A stretch of 64,000 nucleotides of DNA from positions 160,001 through 224,000 of the forward strand of contig CAWKDB010000010.1 in NCBI GenBank assembly GCA_963848295.1. The letters run 5' to 3'. This document shows, in pieces, positions 19,902 to 31,063 of this stretch; the first letter of the stretch is position 1; every line of letters begins with the position of its first letter. A model generated the notes under the pieces. It did not search any database, had not been told where the DNA came from, and saw only the letters and a program-made list of their open reading frames with translations. The position numbers and the translations under genes are program-made. Source of the stretch: an uncultured delta proteobacterium. GTDB taxonomy: Bacteria; Myxococcota_A; Polyangia; Haliangiales; Haliangiaceae.

Positions 19902-20534
19902 GTGCGCGGTTTGCTGTTCGTCGCCTGCCTGACCGCGTGGGCGTGCGGCCACCACGACGAGCCAAAGCCGAAGCCGTCGGCTTCGGTCGACGACGAGGCT
20001 CGCGAACAGGCTCGGTTCGACGCCGAACGCCACCCGGAGAAGGTGGTCGAGGCACTCGCGCTGCATCCGGGCTCGCGGGTCGCGGACGTCGGCGCTGGCT
20101 CGGGCCTGTTGACCATCCATCTCGCGCGGGCGGTGGCGCCGAACGGCAAGGTGATCGCGACCGACATCGACGGTGCGGTGCTCGACTTGCTCGCCCATCG
20201 GCTCGAGGTCGCCGGGTTATCGAACGTCGTCGAGCGCCGGGTCGTCGCTGCGGACACGCCCGACCTCGAGCCGAACAGCTACGACGCGATCCTGCTCGCC
20301 GAGGTCGACCACTACTTCAAGGATCCCGTGGCGTGGCTCGCATCGGCACAGACCGCGCTCAAGCCAGGTGGGCGAATTGTCATCTCGAACCGGATCTACC
20401 ACCGCGTGCAATCGCTGGACGCCGCGCGCAAGGCAGGGCTCGTGCTACTTTCTGAATCGACGCCGGTCCCGACCCACTTCATCGCGGTGTTCGTTCGCCC
20501 CGACGCCGCGGCCCATCCGGGAGACCACAAATGA
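19902..20534 (+). CDS. Class I SAM-dependent methyltransferase with lipoprotein signal
   Basis: Lipobox AWAC; VADVGAGSG motif I; VIATDID; LKPGGRIV; TACGCT -10 box 6 nt before GTG. Confidence 0.85.
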   Translation: MRGLLFVACLTAWACGHHDEPKPKPSASVDDEAREQARFDAERHPEKVVEALALHPGSRVADVGAGSGLLTIHLARAVAPNGKVIATDIDGAVLDLLAHRLEVAGLSNVVERRVVAADTPDLEPNSYDAILLAEVDHYFKDPVAWLASAQTALKPGGRIVISNRIYHRVQSLDAARKAGLVLLSESTPVPTHFIAVFVRPDAAAHPGDHK

Positions 20535-21058
20535 CGACCTCGAACGCGCTACTCCTCGTCGGCACCGCCGCGCTGCTCTCGGGTTGCCCGAGCTCCGGCA
20601 ATCCCAAGGTGTTGTGGCTCGCGCCCGACGCCGCCGAGACCAAGGTCAAGCTCGTCGATTCCGACCCTGGCCCTTATTGAGCGCCAGGCGTGGGGTCCGG
20701 CGGATCCCAGGAAGCTCCATTCGACCTCGAGGCTAGCGTTGCCGCTGGCACGTACCACCTCGTGCTCGATAGCGTCATCGTCGCGTCGGTCGACGTGACC
20801 TACGATCTGATCTGGCGGCGCGGCAGCACCGACACGACGCTCGCGGAGTGGACGATGCACTTCGACCCGAAGGGTGGCGATGACTACTCCGCGACCGCGT
20901 ACGAAGTCGATGAGACCGCGCAAGCGATCGATTTCGAGAGCGGCGACCAGCTCGTGTTTCGCTACACCGGCGCGAACACGACGAGCAACGAGGCTTACAT
21001 CCCGAACGGCGATGGCGCGTTGTCGCAGGGCCGCGACCCGAACATCACGCTGCCCTGA
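20531..21058 (+). CDS. Lipoprotein with in-frame TGA at 20678-20680 (candidate selenoprotein, 175 aa); otherwise a 49-aa ORF plus a 122-aa ORF
   Basis: ATG overlaps methyltransferase stop (ATGA); lipobox LSGC; ...DSDPGPY-TGA-APGVGSGGSQEAPF... stays in the same frame to 21058. Confidence 0.6.
20691..20709 (+). promoter_or_regulatory. Candidate bacterial SECIS hairpin
   Basis: TGGGGTCC-GGC-GGATCCCA: 8-bp stem with one G-U pair, G-led loop, 10-nt spacer after the TGA. Confidence 0.5.
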
Positions 21059-21064
21059 GCTCGA

Positions 21065-22333
21065 TCACGACTCGACGTAGTCGAGGTCGACTGCGAACGT
21101 CTCGCGCATCTTCGCGAGGCCCGCGAACCCGATGCCGAACGCGAGCACGCCGACCCCGATCGCGGCACCGACGGCGGTGAGCCCGGCGTGCTTCTGCAAC
21201 AGCTCGTAGCCGGTCGTGAGGATCACGCAGCGAGCCGCGCACGAAGTTCGGCGTGGTCGTCGCGACGGTCGCCCGCAAGTTCGTGCCGAACTGTTCCGCC
21301 GCGGCGGTGACGAACACCGCCCAATAGCCGGTAGACAGGCCGATCGCAGCGCAGATCGCGTAGAACGCGACGAATGACGTGCCGCCGATCGTGAAGTAAA
21401 GGATCGTCGTGAGCGCGGTCGCCGCCATGAAGATCGCGATCGCTCGTCGTCGCGACCGAAGCTTTTGGCTGACCAGGCCGGCGATGAACCCACCGATCGC
21501 GCCGGAGGCGTAGCAGTAGAACAGCCCGGTCGCCGGGCTCGGCTCCGCCGGCAAGCCCAGGCCCTTGGGCCCACCGATCTCCTTGCCGAGCATGATGAGG
21601 ATGCCGATGCCGTACCAGATCGGCACGCCGACGGCGATCCCCGCGACGTAGCGCAGCAAGCGCTCGCGATCCGAGAACAGCTTGAAGAAGTTGCCGCGGG
21701 AGACCGTCTTGTCCGCGACCGCGGTGCGGAACATCCCCGACTCGGCGACGCCGAGCCGGAGCGCGAGCAACCCGATGCCCATGCCGCCGCCGATGTAGTA
21801 CGCGGTGCGCCAGTTCGTCGCCGGGATGCCGGGAATCGCGCCGCCGATGATGCCGGCGACCACCCCGCCGAGGATGCCGGTCGCGGCGACGATCGTCGTG
21901 CCGAGGCCGCGCCGCTCTTTGTCCATCAGCTCGCTGACCAGCGTGATGCCGGCGCCGAGCTCGCCGGCCAGGCCGATGCCCGCGATCACGCGGCAGATCG
22001 CGTAGCCGGTCAGCGTGTCGACCGTGCCGTTGACGAGGTTCGCGCCCGAATACAGGATGATCGATCCGAACAGCACGGACAGCCGGCCGCGGCGGTCGCC
22101 GATGATGCCCCACAGGATGCCACCGACGAGCATCCCGCCCATCTGCATCTGGAGCAGCAAGATGCCCTTGTCTTGGACGCTCGCGCCGGGCTCAGCCCGA
22201 GCGCGTGCAGGCTCGGGCCGCGGACCGCGCCGAACAGGATCAGGTCATAGATGTCGACGAAGTAGCCGAGCGCCGCCACCACCACGGCGAGCGACACGGC
22301 GCGGCGGGTGGGTCCAGACACTTCGCGCATCAT
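21065..22333 (-). CDS. MFS transporter (apparent frameshifts near 22190 and 21225)
   Basis: ALGYFVDIYDL; GIIGDRRGR motif A; GIGLAGELGAG; AEQFGTNLRAT. Confidence 0.85.
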
Positions 22334-22351
22334 ACGCGTTATAGATCAGGC

Positions 22352-24256
22352 ATGAGACAACTCGCGCTCGGCGCTGGCGATCGCGCTCGCTCTCACCGCA
22401 ACCGCATCGGCGGGCGAGCAACACACGTGGGTCAAGGCGATCCCCGATGCGGCGACGTGGAAGGCGTACTCGAAGACGGTCGGCTCCGACGAGCTCGGCA
22501 AGTGCATCATCGACGTCAAGACGAACGACATCTACTACTTCGACGTCAATCTCTTCAACATCCACGCCGACTTCGTGTTCAGGGTGTTGTTGAAGCAGGC
22601 GTGGACCGGCGACAACGTCCGCGAGTTCAACCTCAACTACGAGCGCCAGAAGCCGAAGTTCATCCTGTGCTACCTGACCCATCACCTCAAGGTCGACAAG
22701 TGGACGTTCTCGTATCTGGGAGGGCGACAAGATCGCGGTCGACGACGTGATGCGGACACGGCAGAAGCTCGCGACGACGTTCTTCATCCGGGACTTGCTG
22801 TTCCGACCCGACTCGCCGATGCAGGCGAAGGTCGCCGGCGAGGTCGCGACGCCGCGGCCAGAAGACGATCACGAACGACGAGATCTACAAGGCGGCCGAG
22901 TTCCAGGCGTTCACGAAGGGCCATGCGGTCGGGCGGCTCCGGGTCGTTCCGATCGGCACGCCGTACGAATCGCTCAACTACGATCGCCACGACATCGTGC
23001 TCTTGCAAGAAAGCTATCCGGACATCACGCCGGTCGCCGGGATCCTCGCGACGCAGTTCTCGACGCCGCTGTCGCACGTCAACTTGCGCGCCGGCGCGTG
23101 GGGTATCCCGAACGCGGGCGACAAGAAAGCTCGCGCGAAGTACGGCGCGCTCGACGGCAAGTACGTGTACTACGAGGTCACCGACACCGGCATCACGCTG
23201 CGCGAGGCGACCGCCGCCGAAGTTCAGAAGATGAAGGACGACATCGAGGTCGCCAGGCACGTCGAGCTGCCGAAGGCCGACCTCGTCAACGCGCCGGTTC
23301 GCGATGCTCGATCGGATGCGCGCGAAGGACGTCATCATCTACGGCACGAAGGCCGCGAACCTCGGCGAGATCGTCAGCGCGAACCTGCCGGGCGTCCGCG
23401 TGCCCGATGGGTTTGGCGTGCCGTACTTCTATTATCGAGCAGCACATCCTGCGCAATCACCTCGACGTCAAGATCAACGCGATGCTCGACGATCCGCGAT
23501 TCAAGACCGACGCGGCGTTGGCGCAAGACATCGCTCGAGACGTTGCGCGAAGCGATCATGAAGGCGCCGATCGATCCGGACACGCTCGATGCGATCTACA
23601 AGCGGATCCGGGTCAAGCTCGGCGGCAAGGGCGTGTTCGTGCGCAGCTCGTCGAACTCCGAGGATCTGCCCGGGTTCAACGGCGCCGGCCTCTACGACAC
23701 GCAGCGGCAACGTCGTCGGCAAAAGCCCAGCTCGCGGACGCGTTGCGCTACGTGTGGGCGTCGATCTGGAACCTGCGCGCGGTCGACGAACGCGCGGCGT
23801 TCGGCATCGACCACCGCCAGGTCTACATGGGCGTGCTCGTGCAGATCGGCGTCAACGCGACCGCCGCGGGCGTGCTCGTCACCCAAGAATCTATGGGATC
23901 CGACCGACGAGAACGGCTTCACGATCAACGCGAAGTGGGGCCTGGGAGAGCGCGTCGTGCAGGGCCAGATCAACCCGGAACAAGTCATCTTCGATCCGAC
24001 GAACGACGGCACGAAGATCATCACGCGGTCCGATGACACGGTGATGCTGAAGTTCGATCCGCAGGGCGGCACGAAAGAACAGCCGGTTCCGCCTGGCGCG
24101 AGCGTGATCCTGACCGAGGAACGTGCGAAGAAGCTGTGCACGATGGTGAAGCAGTTCATTCCGGTGTTCACGGACGGCCACGCGCTCGATGTCGAGTGGG
24201 TGCTCGAAGGCGAAGACTTCTGGATCGTCCAAGCTCGCCCGTACGTGGGGTCGTGA
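22352..24256 (+). CDS. Exported PEP-synthase/PPDK-like protein (His swivel domain + ATP-grasp); several apparent frameshifts
   Basis: Signal peptide; TPLSHVNLRAGAWGIPN; YGTKAANLGE; FVRSSSNSEDLPGFNGAGLY; MGVLVQ; DVEW...WIVQARPY. Confidence 0.75.
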
Positions 24257-24727
24257 TGAGACGCATCGCCGTGTTCGCGCTCCTCGCCGCCTGCGATCTG
24301 CAACCCGCGCCCAAGCCGGCCCCGCCGGTCGCCAAGCCGGTCGAGGTCGCTCCGCCTCCCGCGCCGACGCCGGCGCCACCCGCCGTGCCGACCCCGCCGC
24401 CGGCACCTGCTCCGCCGCCGGCCGTCGAACCCGCGATCGCCGCCGAGGCGCGCGCCCACGACGCGAGCTGCCTCGAGGCCGCCGCCCATACGGTCGACCT
24501 GCGCGACGCGGCCGCGACCGACCAAGCGCAGGCCAAGCGCGACCGAGCCCGGCGACATCAAGCGGATGGATCAATCGTGCATCAGCGAAGCGTGGAACCC
24601 CAAGACCGTCGAGTGCTACCTCGCAGCGAAGTCGGCCAGGGGCCTCAGGCACTGCGACAAGGCCCAGCAGAGAACGACGAATCCCGACGGCGCCGAAGCG
24701 GATCTAACGACCGCTACATTCGACTGA
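24256..24727 (+). CDS. Pro-rich small lipoprotein (frameshifted, 3' end uncertain)
   Basis: MRRIAVFALLAAC; PAPP-rich linker; Cys-containing helical tail (CISEAWNPKTVECY) in a shifted frame. Confidence 0.5.
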
Positions 24728-27700
24728 CCAGCGGCGAGCGATACGACGCGTCGGCCGCGCGACGGGCGCGTTCACCCAGGACCCGGCACACTGCCGAGGC
24801 GAGGCCGGGGACGTCATCCACGAGCTCCTCGAAATCGCCGCGCGGTAGCCGGATCAGCCGAGTCGCCCGCGTGACGACCAAGATCGCCGGCCGCCGCGAT
24901 CGGCGCGACGCAGGCGAGCTCGTCGACGACCTCGCCCGCCGCGATGATGCGATCGGCGATGCGCAGCTCGCCATCGTCGACGACGATCAGCGTGTCGATC
25001 GGATCGCCGGCGCTGATGATGACGTCGCCGACCTTGGCATGTCGACCAACGAGCGCGCTCGGCGACATCCGCGAGCTGCCGGGTGGTCAGCGCGGCGAGC
25101 ATCGGCACGCGTCCCAGCGCGATCAGGGTCTCGACTCGGCTCGGCATATCCATCGCTCCTTCGTCATCGGTGTCTTCGTCGGTCAGCGCTTCGGTCATCC
25201 GGCGAACCAGGTCGTGCGGGCTCGCGGCGGACGCCTCGGCTTCGGCCGCCTTCGCGATCGCATCGCGATGCGCCCCTCGCCCGGCGGCCCCGAGCGCGTG
25301 CAAGACGAGCGCGCGGCCGAGCCGGTCGCGACCGCCGAGCTCGGCTTTGATCGCGGCATCGCGGCTCGGCGGCACGCCGCCGGCGCGCCGCACCGCAGCG
25401 GCGCGATCTGCGGGCGACAGATCATCGACCGCGTCGACGAGCCGGCCGACCAGCATGCGCGGCAACGCGGCCTCGACGACCGCGAGCGTGCGGGCGCGCT
25501 CGAGCCCGCCGCGAGCGCGGCGCCACTCGGCCGCGGCGCGGGCGATCGCGGGCGATCGGCGGCGCGCGGCGACGAGCAGCAACACGGTATGGGCGACCTC
25601 GCGCAGGCGCTCGTCGAGGCGCTTGACGACGAGCGCATCGTTGATCGCATCCGGCGGGATCCGCGAACGCCGCGATCGCGGCGGCGGTCTGATCGAGGGC
25701 GTCGAGCTCGGCGTCGATCAGGCGATCGACGGTGACCGGCGTCACCGGCAGATCGGCGAGCAACGCGGCCGCGCGATCGCGAGCGAGCCGGCGGCCCCAC
25801 GCGGCGGCGGTGATCAGCTCGCCGGCCGCGGCGGTTCCGAGTCGCGCCATCGCGGCTTCGGCGGCGCCGCGCACATCGTCGTCGCGCTCGCCGAGGCCGG
25901 CGGCGAGCCGGCGCAGGTCGTCGCCGTCGATCGCGTCGGCGCCGTCGAGCAGCGCGCCGACCAGCCGGATCGCGCCGGCGACCTCGGCCGGATCGCGCGC
26001 GACGTCGCTCGCCGCACGTGCGGTGGATCGCTGTCTCGCGCGCGAGCTCGAGCAAGTCGGCGCGCACGAGCGACAGCTCGCCGCTGCGGTGATCGCGAGT
26101 CGCCTCGACGACGCGCGCCAGAGCCGCGTACGCGGTGGTGCGGCCAGCCCGATCGCCGCGACCGCGCCGCAGCGCGCGCACGAGATGACGCGCGGGCTCG
26201 AGCACCGGTTCGGTCTTCGCCGTCGCGAGGTCCCGAGCGACCTCGACCACGAGCTCGTCGACCGCGACGCGCGACACCTCGACCGGCCTCGCGCACCGCG
26301 TCGCCGAGGATCGCGATCACGCCCTCGCGATCGGCCGCGATGCGAGCGCGCGCGACCTCGATCGCGAGCTGTAGCCCCGGCGGCGCATCATCGGTCGCCC
26401 ACGTCGCGAACGCATCGGGTACCGCGCCGGCGCGACGACCCGCCGCGGACAGGCCGACCGCGCGCACCGCGAGCTCGACCGTCCGAGGGCGCGCGCGCCG
26501 GGCCGCCGCCGCGATCGCCGCAGCGTGGGCCTCCGCCGGCGCCGCGAGCACCGTGACGAGCGCGCGCCACACCGCCGGCCGATCCATGCTCGGTTGCCGA
26601 CGCGACGAGCGGCGCGATCGCGTCGACGCGACCGCGCTCGTGCAGGCGAGCGAGCACCTCGGCTGCGCGGTCGGCGATGCGGGGCTCGCCGAGATCGCGA
26701 ACGAGCACCGCGATCGCGCGATCGTCGACGACGGCGTCGGCATCACTCGCGCCCTGCGCCGACGACCTGCTCGACCGCGAGCGCGGGCAACTCGCGCGCG
26801 ATCCGCCGCGCCGCGACGAGCCAGATCGCCGCCGCCGCGGCGGTGACCACGTAGAACGCGTGCGGCACACCGGCGAGCACCGCCGCGATCAGGCCGCCAG
26901 CGATCGCGCCGAGTCGCTTCGCGGTCCCGTCGAGAAAACCGCCGATCCGGCCGCGCACCGCGGTCGGCAACAGCGTCTGCGCGAGCTTCTCGGCCGGCGT
27001 CTCGACGCCGGAATCGAGCACGCGCGCCGAGATCTGCGTCGCGATCGCGATCGCGAGGATCGGCGCGACGACGAGCCCGACGCCGGCGCACAACGCGATC
27101 GCCGGGGCGACGAGCAGCGCGGTCCCCGTGCCCGCTCGCGCGAGCAACCGCGGTGCGATCGCGAGCTGGACGATCACGGTCAAGATCTGGCCGCGCGCCG
27201 CGCACACTACCGAGCAGCTCGGCGAGCCCCGTCGCGTCGCTGCCGCGCGCCGTGACCGCGACGCCGAGCGCGAAGTACGCGAGCGAGCCGAACACGCCGG
27301 CCGCGGCGACCACGACCGCGAGGTGGCGCGCGAGGGGATGGCGCCGGACCGCCCGTGCACCGTCGCGCCACGACCGGCCGATCAAGCGAACCAGCGCGCC
27401 GGCCCCCGCGCCGCGGGTCGGCGTCGGCGCAGCGACCCGTCGCGTCGCTGCGAGCCGCGCCGTGGCGAGGCCCGCGAGCGCGAGCAGCACGGCCGCCGCG
27501 ACGAGCACGCCGCGCGCGCCCGCCGCGTGCGCGATCGGCACGACCAGCAGCGCGCCGACCGTCGCGCCGATGCCGCCGAGCGCCGCGAGCAGCGGCAGCA
27601 GGCGCTGGCTGCGCCGCGCGTCGATCCGCTCCGCGATCGTGACCCAGAACGCGAGGTCGGTCGCCGCCGCGAGCTGCTTGCCGCCGATCAAGGCGCCGAT

Positions 27701-28054
27701 CGCCGCCGCGCGCGGCGCGAACCCGGCGACGATCGCGAGCCCGGCGATCGCGACCGCCGAGCCCACCGCGAGCGCGCCGAGCACCCGGCGGCGCTCGAGC
27801 CGATCGGACAACCCACCGACGACCGCGAGCACGACCGCGAGCAACGCGCTCGATGCCGCGACCGCGTGGCCGAGCCATTTCGGCCCGACCTCGGACAAGA
27901 ACAGCGCATCGGCGGCGGCTCCGGTCATCGCCGCTCCCGCACTGGCGAGGGCGAACACCGCCCCGGCCGCCGCGACCAGCGCGCGCTCCACAGGGCGCAC
28001 CACCGCGCCACCGGCGACCCGTCCGGCGGTCGCGCTCGCGGCGCTGATCCCCAT
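24714..28054 (-). CDS. NTP-transporter-like membrane domain + HEAT repeats + cNMP-binding domain protein (several apparent frameshifts)
   Basis: AADALFLSEVG, FWVTIAERIDARRSQRLLP, LLPTAVRGRIGGFLDG (Npt/MFS-like); HEAT-like middle; C-terminal LGRVPMLAALTTRQL...GEVVDELA. Confidence 0.7.
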
Positions 28055-28106
28055 CGCGGCCATCGTACCGCGGGTGCATCGGCGCTCGCCGTGTCATGAT
28101 GTGGCG

Positions 28107-29795
28107 ATGCGCGGGCGCACGGTCACGGCCCTCATCGTTGTCGCAGCCAGCGCCGCGGGTCTGGCGGTCGCCCAGTCGCCGCATCCGATGCTGCACGAGG
28201 ACTTTCTGCCGGCAGGCGCGACGCCGACGCCGACGATCGGCGGCACGACGCCCGGCTCGAACCCGCAGGCGATCATCACCGGCGACAAGCGGCTGCCCAA
28301 ACCGTCGCTGTCGCCCGATCCCGATACCAGCGGCCCGAAGCCGGAGCCGGTGCTGGGCAAAGGTGGGTTCGCGACCGATCGCGACACGACGCTCGCGCTC
28401 GACAACAACACCGGCCCCGATTCGACGCTGCACTACGCGAGCGTGTTCAACCCCGATGTGCTGCCGTTCAAGCGCATGTCGGCGCTCGACGGCGTCACCC
28501 CCGATTACACGATGGTGATCAGCCACGACGCGCGGGTCAGTGTCCCGGTCGGCGGCACGACCGACAAGAGCCGCGACCGATTCTGGGGCTCGGTGCTCGT
28601 CGATCTCGAGCCGGGCGTCGAAGTGGCGCTGCCGAGCGTCGCCCCCGACATGCGCATCCTATCGTACGAGACCAGCCCGAAGGTCCCGGTGCAGTTCGAC
28701 AAGGATGGCGCCGACAACTTCTATGTCCGCTCCGACGAGTCTTACGCGCACGGCACGTATCGCCTCGTGTTCTACGTCGACGCCGACGCCGGTTACTTCG
28801 CGCCATCGCTGCCGCAGACGCCGATGCGCGTGCGCGATGTCGCCAAGGCCGCCCCGCCCGAGCTCCAGGTCACGCTGCCGCCCGAGGTCGAGCGCGAAGC
28901 GAACGTGACGCTCGGCAAGCTCGGGGTCGATCGCGATATGGACCTCGGCGTCGTGTTCAACCGCCTCGTCGGATACTTCCGCGGGTTCACGCCGAAGACG
29001 ATCATCAACCCGAGCGGCAACACGTATCGGGACCTGTGTGACAACCAGGCCGGCGTGTGCCGCCATCGTTCGTTTGCTTTCATGATCACCGCGAACCAGC
29101 TCGGGATCCCGACGCGATTCGTCAGCAACGAAGCGCACGCGTTCGTCGAGGTCTGGTTCCCCGAGCGCGGCTGGCAGCGCATCGATCTCGGCGGCGCGTC
29201 GCCGAGGCTCGAGGTCCAGAACGGCAAGGACAAGACCCTGCATCGCCCGCGCGCCGCCGACCCGTTCGCGAAGCCGGACTCGTATCGCAACACGCACACC
29301 CAGCTCGCCGGCGATATCACCGGTCAGCAAGTCGCCGACCGCGATCGGCCGCTCGACCAGGCGCCGCCTAGTGGCGCGTTCGGTCCTGGCCCGGGATCGG
29401 GCTCGAGCTCGTTCGCCGGCGCCGGCAGCGACGATCCGAACAACCGGATCTCGCCGAATCCGGGCTTGCCGGCGATCGCGCCGGACCCCGCGAAGCCGAC
29501 GCCGCGCGTCGCGATCACGCTCGCCGACGGGCACGCGTATCGCGGGGACGCGATCCACGTCGAGGGCATCGCGACCGTCGGGGGCAAGCCGCTCGCCGAC
29601 CACCTCGTCGATATCTACATCGCCCCCGCCGGCGGCCACGGCCGCCAGGAGGTGTCCCTCGGCTACGCGAAGACCGGCGCCGACGGCACGTTCCGCGTCG
29701 AGCTCGCGGTGCCGGCCGAGCTCAAGCTCCAGACGTACGAGCTCTACGTGTCGAGCCGCGCCGATGCCTACTACAACGGCGCCCTGAGCGACTGA
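28107..29795 (+). CDS. Secreted transglutaminase-like domain protein
   Basis: Signal peptide; GVCRHRSFAF (Cys), AHAFVEV (His), WQRID (Asp); C-terminal Ig-like segment. Confidence 0.8.
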   Translation: MRGRTVTALIVVAASAAGLAVAQSPHPMLHEDFLPAGATPTPTIGGTTPGSNPQAIITGDKRLPKPSLSPDPDTSGPKPEPVLGKGGFATDRDTTLALDNNTGPDSTLHYASVFNPDVLPFKRMSALDGVTPDYTMVISHDARVSVPVGGTTDKSRDRFWGSVLVDLEPGVEVALPSVAPDMRILSYETSPKVPVQFDKDGADNFYVRSDESYAHGTYRLVFYVDADAGYFAPSLPQTPMRVRDVAKAAPPELQVTLPPEVEREANVTLGKLGVDRDMDLGVVFNRLVGYFRGFTPKTIINPSGNTYRDLCDNQAGVCRHRSFAFMITANQLGIPTRFVSNEAHAFVEVWFPERGWQRIDLGGASPRLEVQNGKDKTLHRPRAADPFAKPDSYRNTHTQLAGDITGQQVADRDRPLDQAPPSGAFGPGPGSGSSSFAGAGSDDPNNRISPNPGLPAIAPDPAKPTPRVAITLADGHAYRGDAIHVEGIATVGGKPLADHLVDIYIAPAGGHGRQEVSLGYAKTGADGTFRVELAVPAELKLQTYELYVSSRADAYYNGALSD

Positions 29796-29810
29796 GCCGC
29801 CAGACGATCG

Positions 29811-29840
29811 CATCGCGTCCGGCGAAGCAAGGACGCGATG
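29811..29840. terminator. Stem-loop between convergent genes
   Basis: CATCGCGTCC-N10-GGACGCGATG perfect 10-bp stem; no U-tract. Confidence 0.45.
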
Positions 29841-29856
29841 TCCTTACGGCGAAGGA

Positions 29857-31063
29857 GGCGGTCTCAACCCGTCAGAGCAACACCAATCGATGAGGATGGT
29901 GATGCATGGCGCGACCGACACTTCTGACACGTCTTGGGCCTGGGCTTATCGCGCAGTTGTGGAAGCTTAGGAGGGAAGGCCACACCCTGCGCAGGATCGG
30001 CGAAGCCATAGGCGTCGGCCAGCAGAGTGTATGGGAGCAGATTGCCAAGCTTGGTGGGGTGGCACCTCGGCTTCGCCAACGAAGGACGCAATCGTTGCGA
30101 CCCGAGGAACGTGAGGAGATCTCGAGATGGCTTGCGCGCCGGAAATCGGTCCGCTTCATCGCCGAGCAGCTTCACCGCGCACCGTCGACAATCTGTCGGG
30201 AGGTGAAGCGAAACGGCGGGGTGTTCCGATATCGCGCCGCAGCGGCTGAACGACGCGCCGCTCGGCAGCTGGCTCGACCGCAGGTATGCAAGCTAGCGCG
30301 GCGCCCTCGGCTTCAGAATTGGGTCATTCGAAAACTCCAGGAGCGCTGGTCTCCGCAGCAAATCGCCCACTGGTTACAGGTGACCTTCGCCGATGATGCA
30401 GGAATGCAGGTCTCGCACGAGACGATCTACCGAACCTTGTACGTGCAAACGCGAGGAGCGTTGCGCAAGGAGTTCACGCAGTACCTGCGGACACGCAGGA
30501 AGTTGCGGCAGCCGCGAACTGGGAGTTCGTCAGCCTCCGTCGTGGACGGCATTTCGATTAGTGAGCGTCCCGCATCGGTCGAGGACCGAGCAGTTCCAGG
30601 TCATTGGGAAGGCGATTTGGTGTTTGGAACGCCGTCGAACTGCATCGTCACACTCGTCGAGCGCAAGACCCGATTCGTGATGCTCATCAGGATCCCGTCG
30701 AAGGACACCAAGACCGTGACAACGGCGCTCAAGAAGCACATCCAGCGTTTGCCGAGCGAGCTCCGCAAGTCATTGACCTGGGACCGAGGCAGCGAGCTCA
30801 GCGCTCACAAACAGCTCTCCATCGATGCTGACATCGATATCTATTTCTGCGACCCGCATAGCCCCTGGCAGCGCGGCAGCAACGAGAACACCAACGGGTT
30901 GCTTCGCCAATACTTTCCGCGGGGCGAAGACATTGGGCGCCACGATCAGCGCCACCTCGACAAGGTTGCGAGGCAGCTCAACGGCCGCCCACGGCAAACG
31001 CTTGGCTGGCGTAGTCCTGCCGAGGTATTAGCGGAAGTGTTGCGCTGACGGGTTGATGCCGCC
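29857..31063 (+). mobile_element. IS30-family insertion sequence, 1207 bp
   Basis: 27-bp terminal IRs (29857-29883 GGCGGTCTCAACCCGTCAGAGCAACAC; 31037-31063 reverse complement with 3 mismatches); GGA duplicated at 29854-29856 and 31064-31066; visibly lower GC. Confidence 0.92.
29906..31048 (+). CDS. IS30-family DDE transposase
   Basis: HRAPSTICREVKRN HTH; WSPQQIA; VSHETIY; GHWEGDL; TWDRGSE; PWQRGSNENTNGLLRQYFP. Confidence 0.95.
   Translation: MARPTLLTRLGPGLIAQLWKLRREGHTLRRIGEAIGVGQQSVWEQIAKLGGVAPRLRQRRTQSLRPEEREEISRWLARRKSVRFIAEQLHRAPSTICREVKRNGGVFRYRAAAAERRAARQLARPQVCKLARRPRLQNWVIRKLQERWSPQQIAHWLQVTFADDAGMQVSHETIYRTLYVQTRGALRKEFTQYLRTRRKLRQPRTGSSSASVVDGISISERPASVEDRAVPGHWEGDLVFGTPSNCIVTLVERKTRFVMLIRIPSKDTKTVTTALKKHIQRLPSELRKSLTWDRGSELSAHKQLSIDADIDIYFCDPHSPWQRGSNENTNGLLRQYFPRGEDIGRHDQRHLDKVARQLNGRPRQTLGWRSPAEVLAEVLR

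Noticed and set aside
20678..20680. Genome-wide TGA reassignment (code 4/25)
   Set aside because: Many genes here end at TGA with ATGA/GTGA coupling and Trp is TGG, so any readthrough is site-specific.
13560..27260. Programmed frameshifting or true pseudogenes
   Set aside because: Several shifts per gene, no consistent slippery motif, unrelated genes affected in one block; assembly error is simpler.
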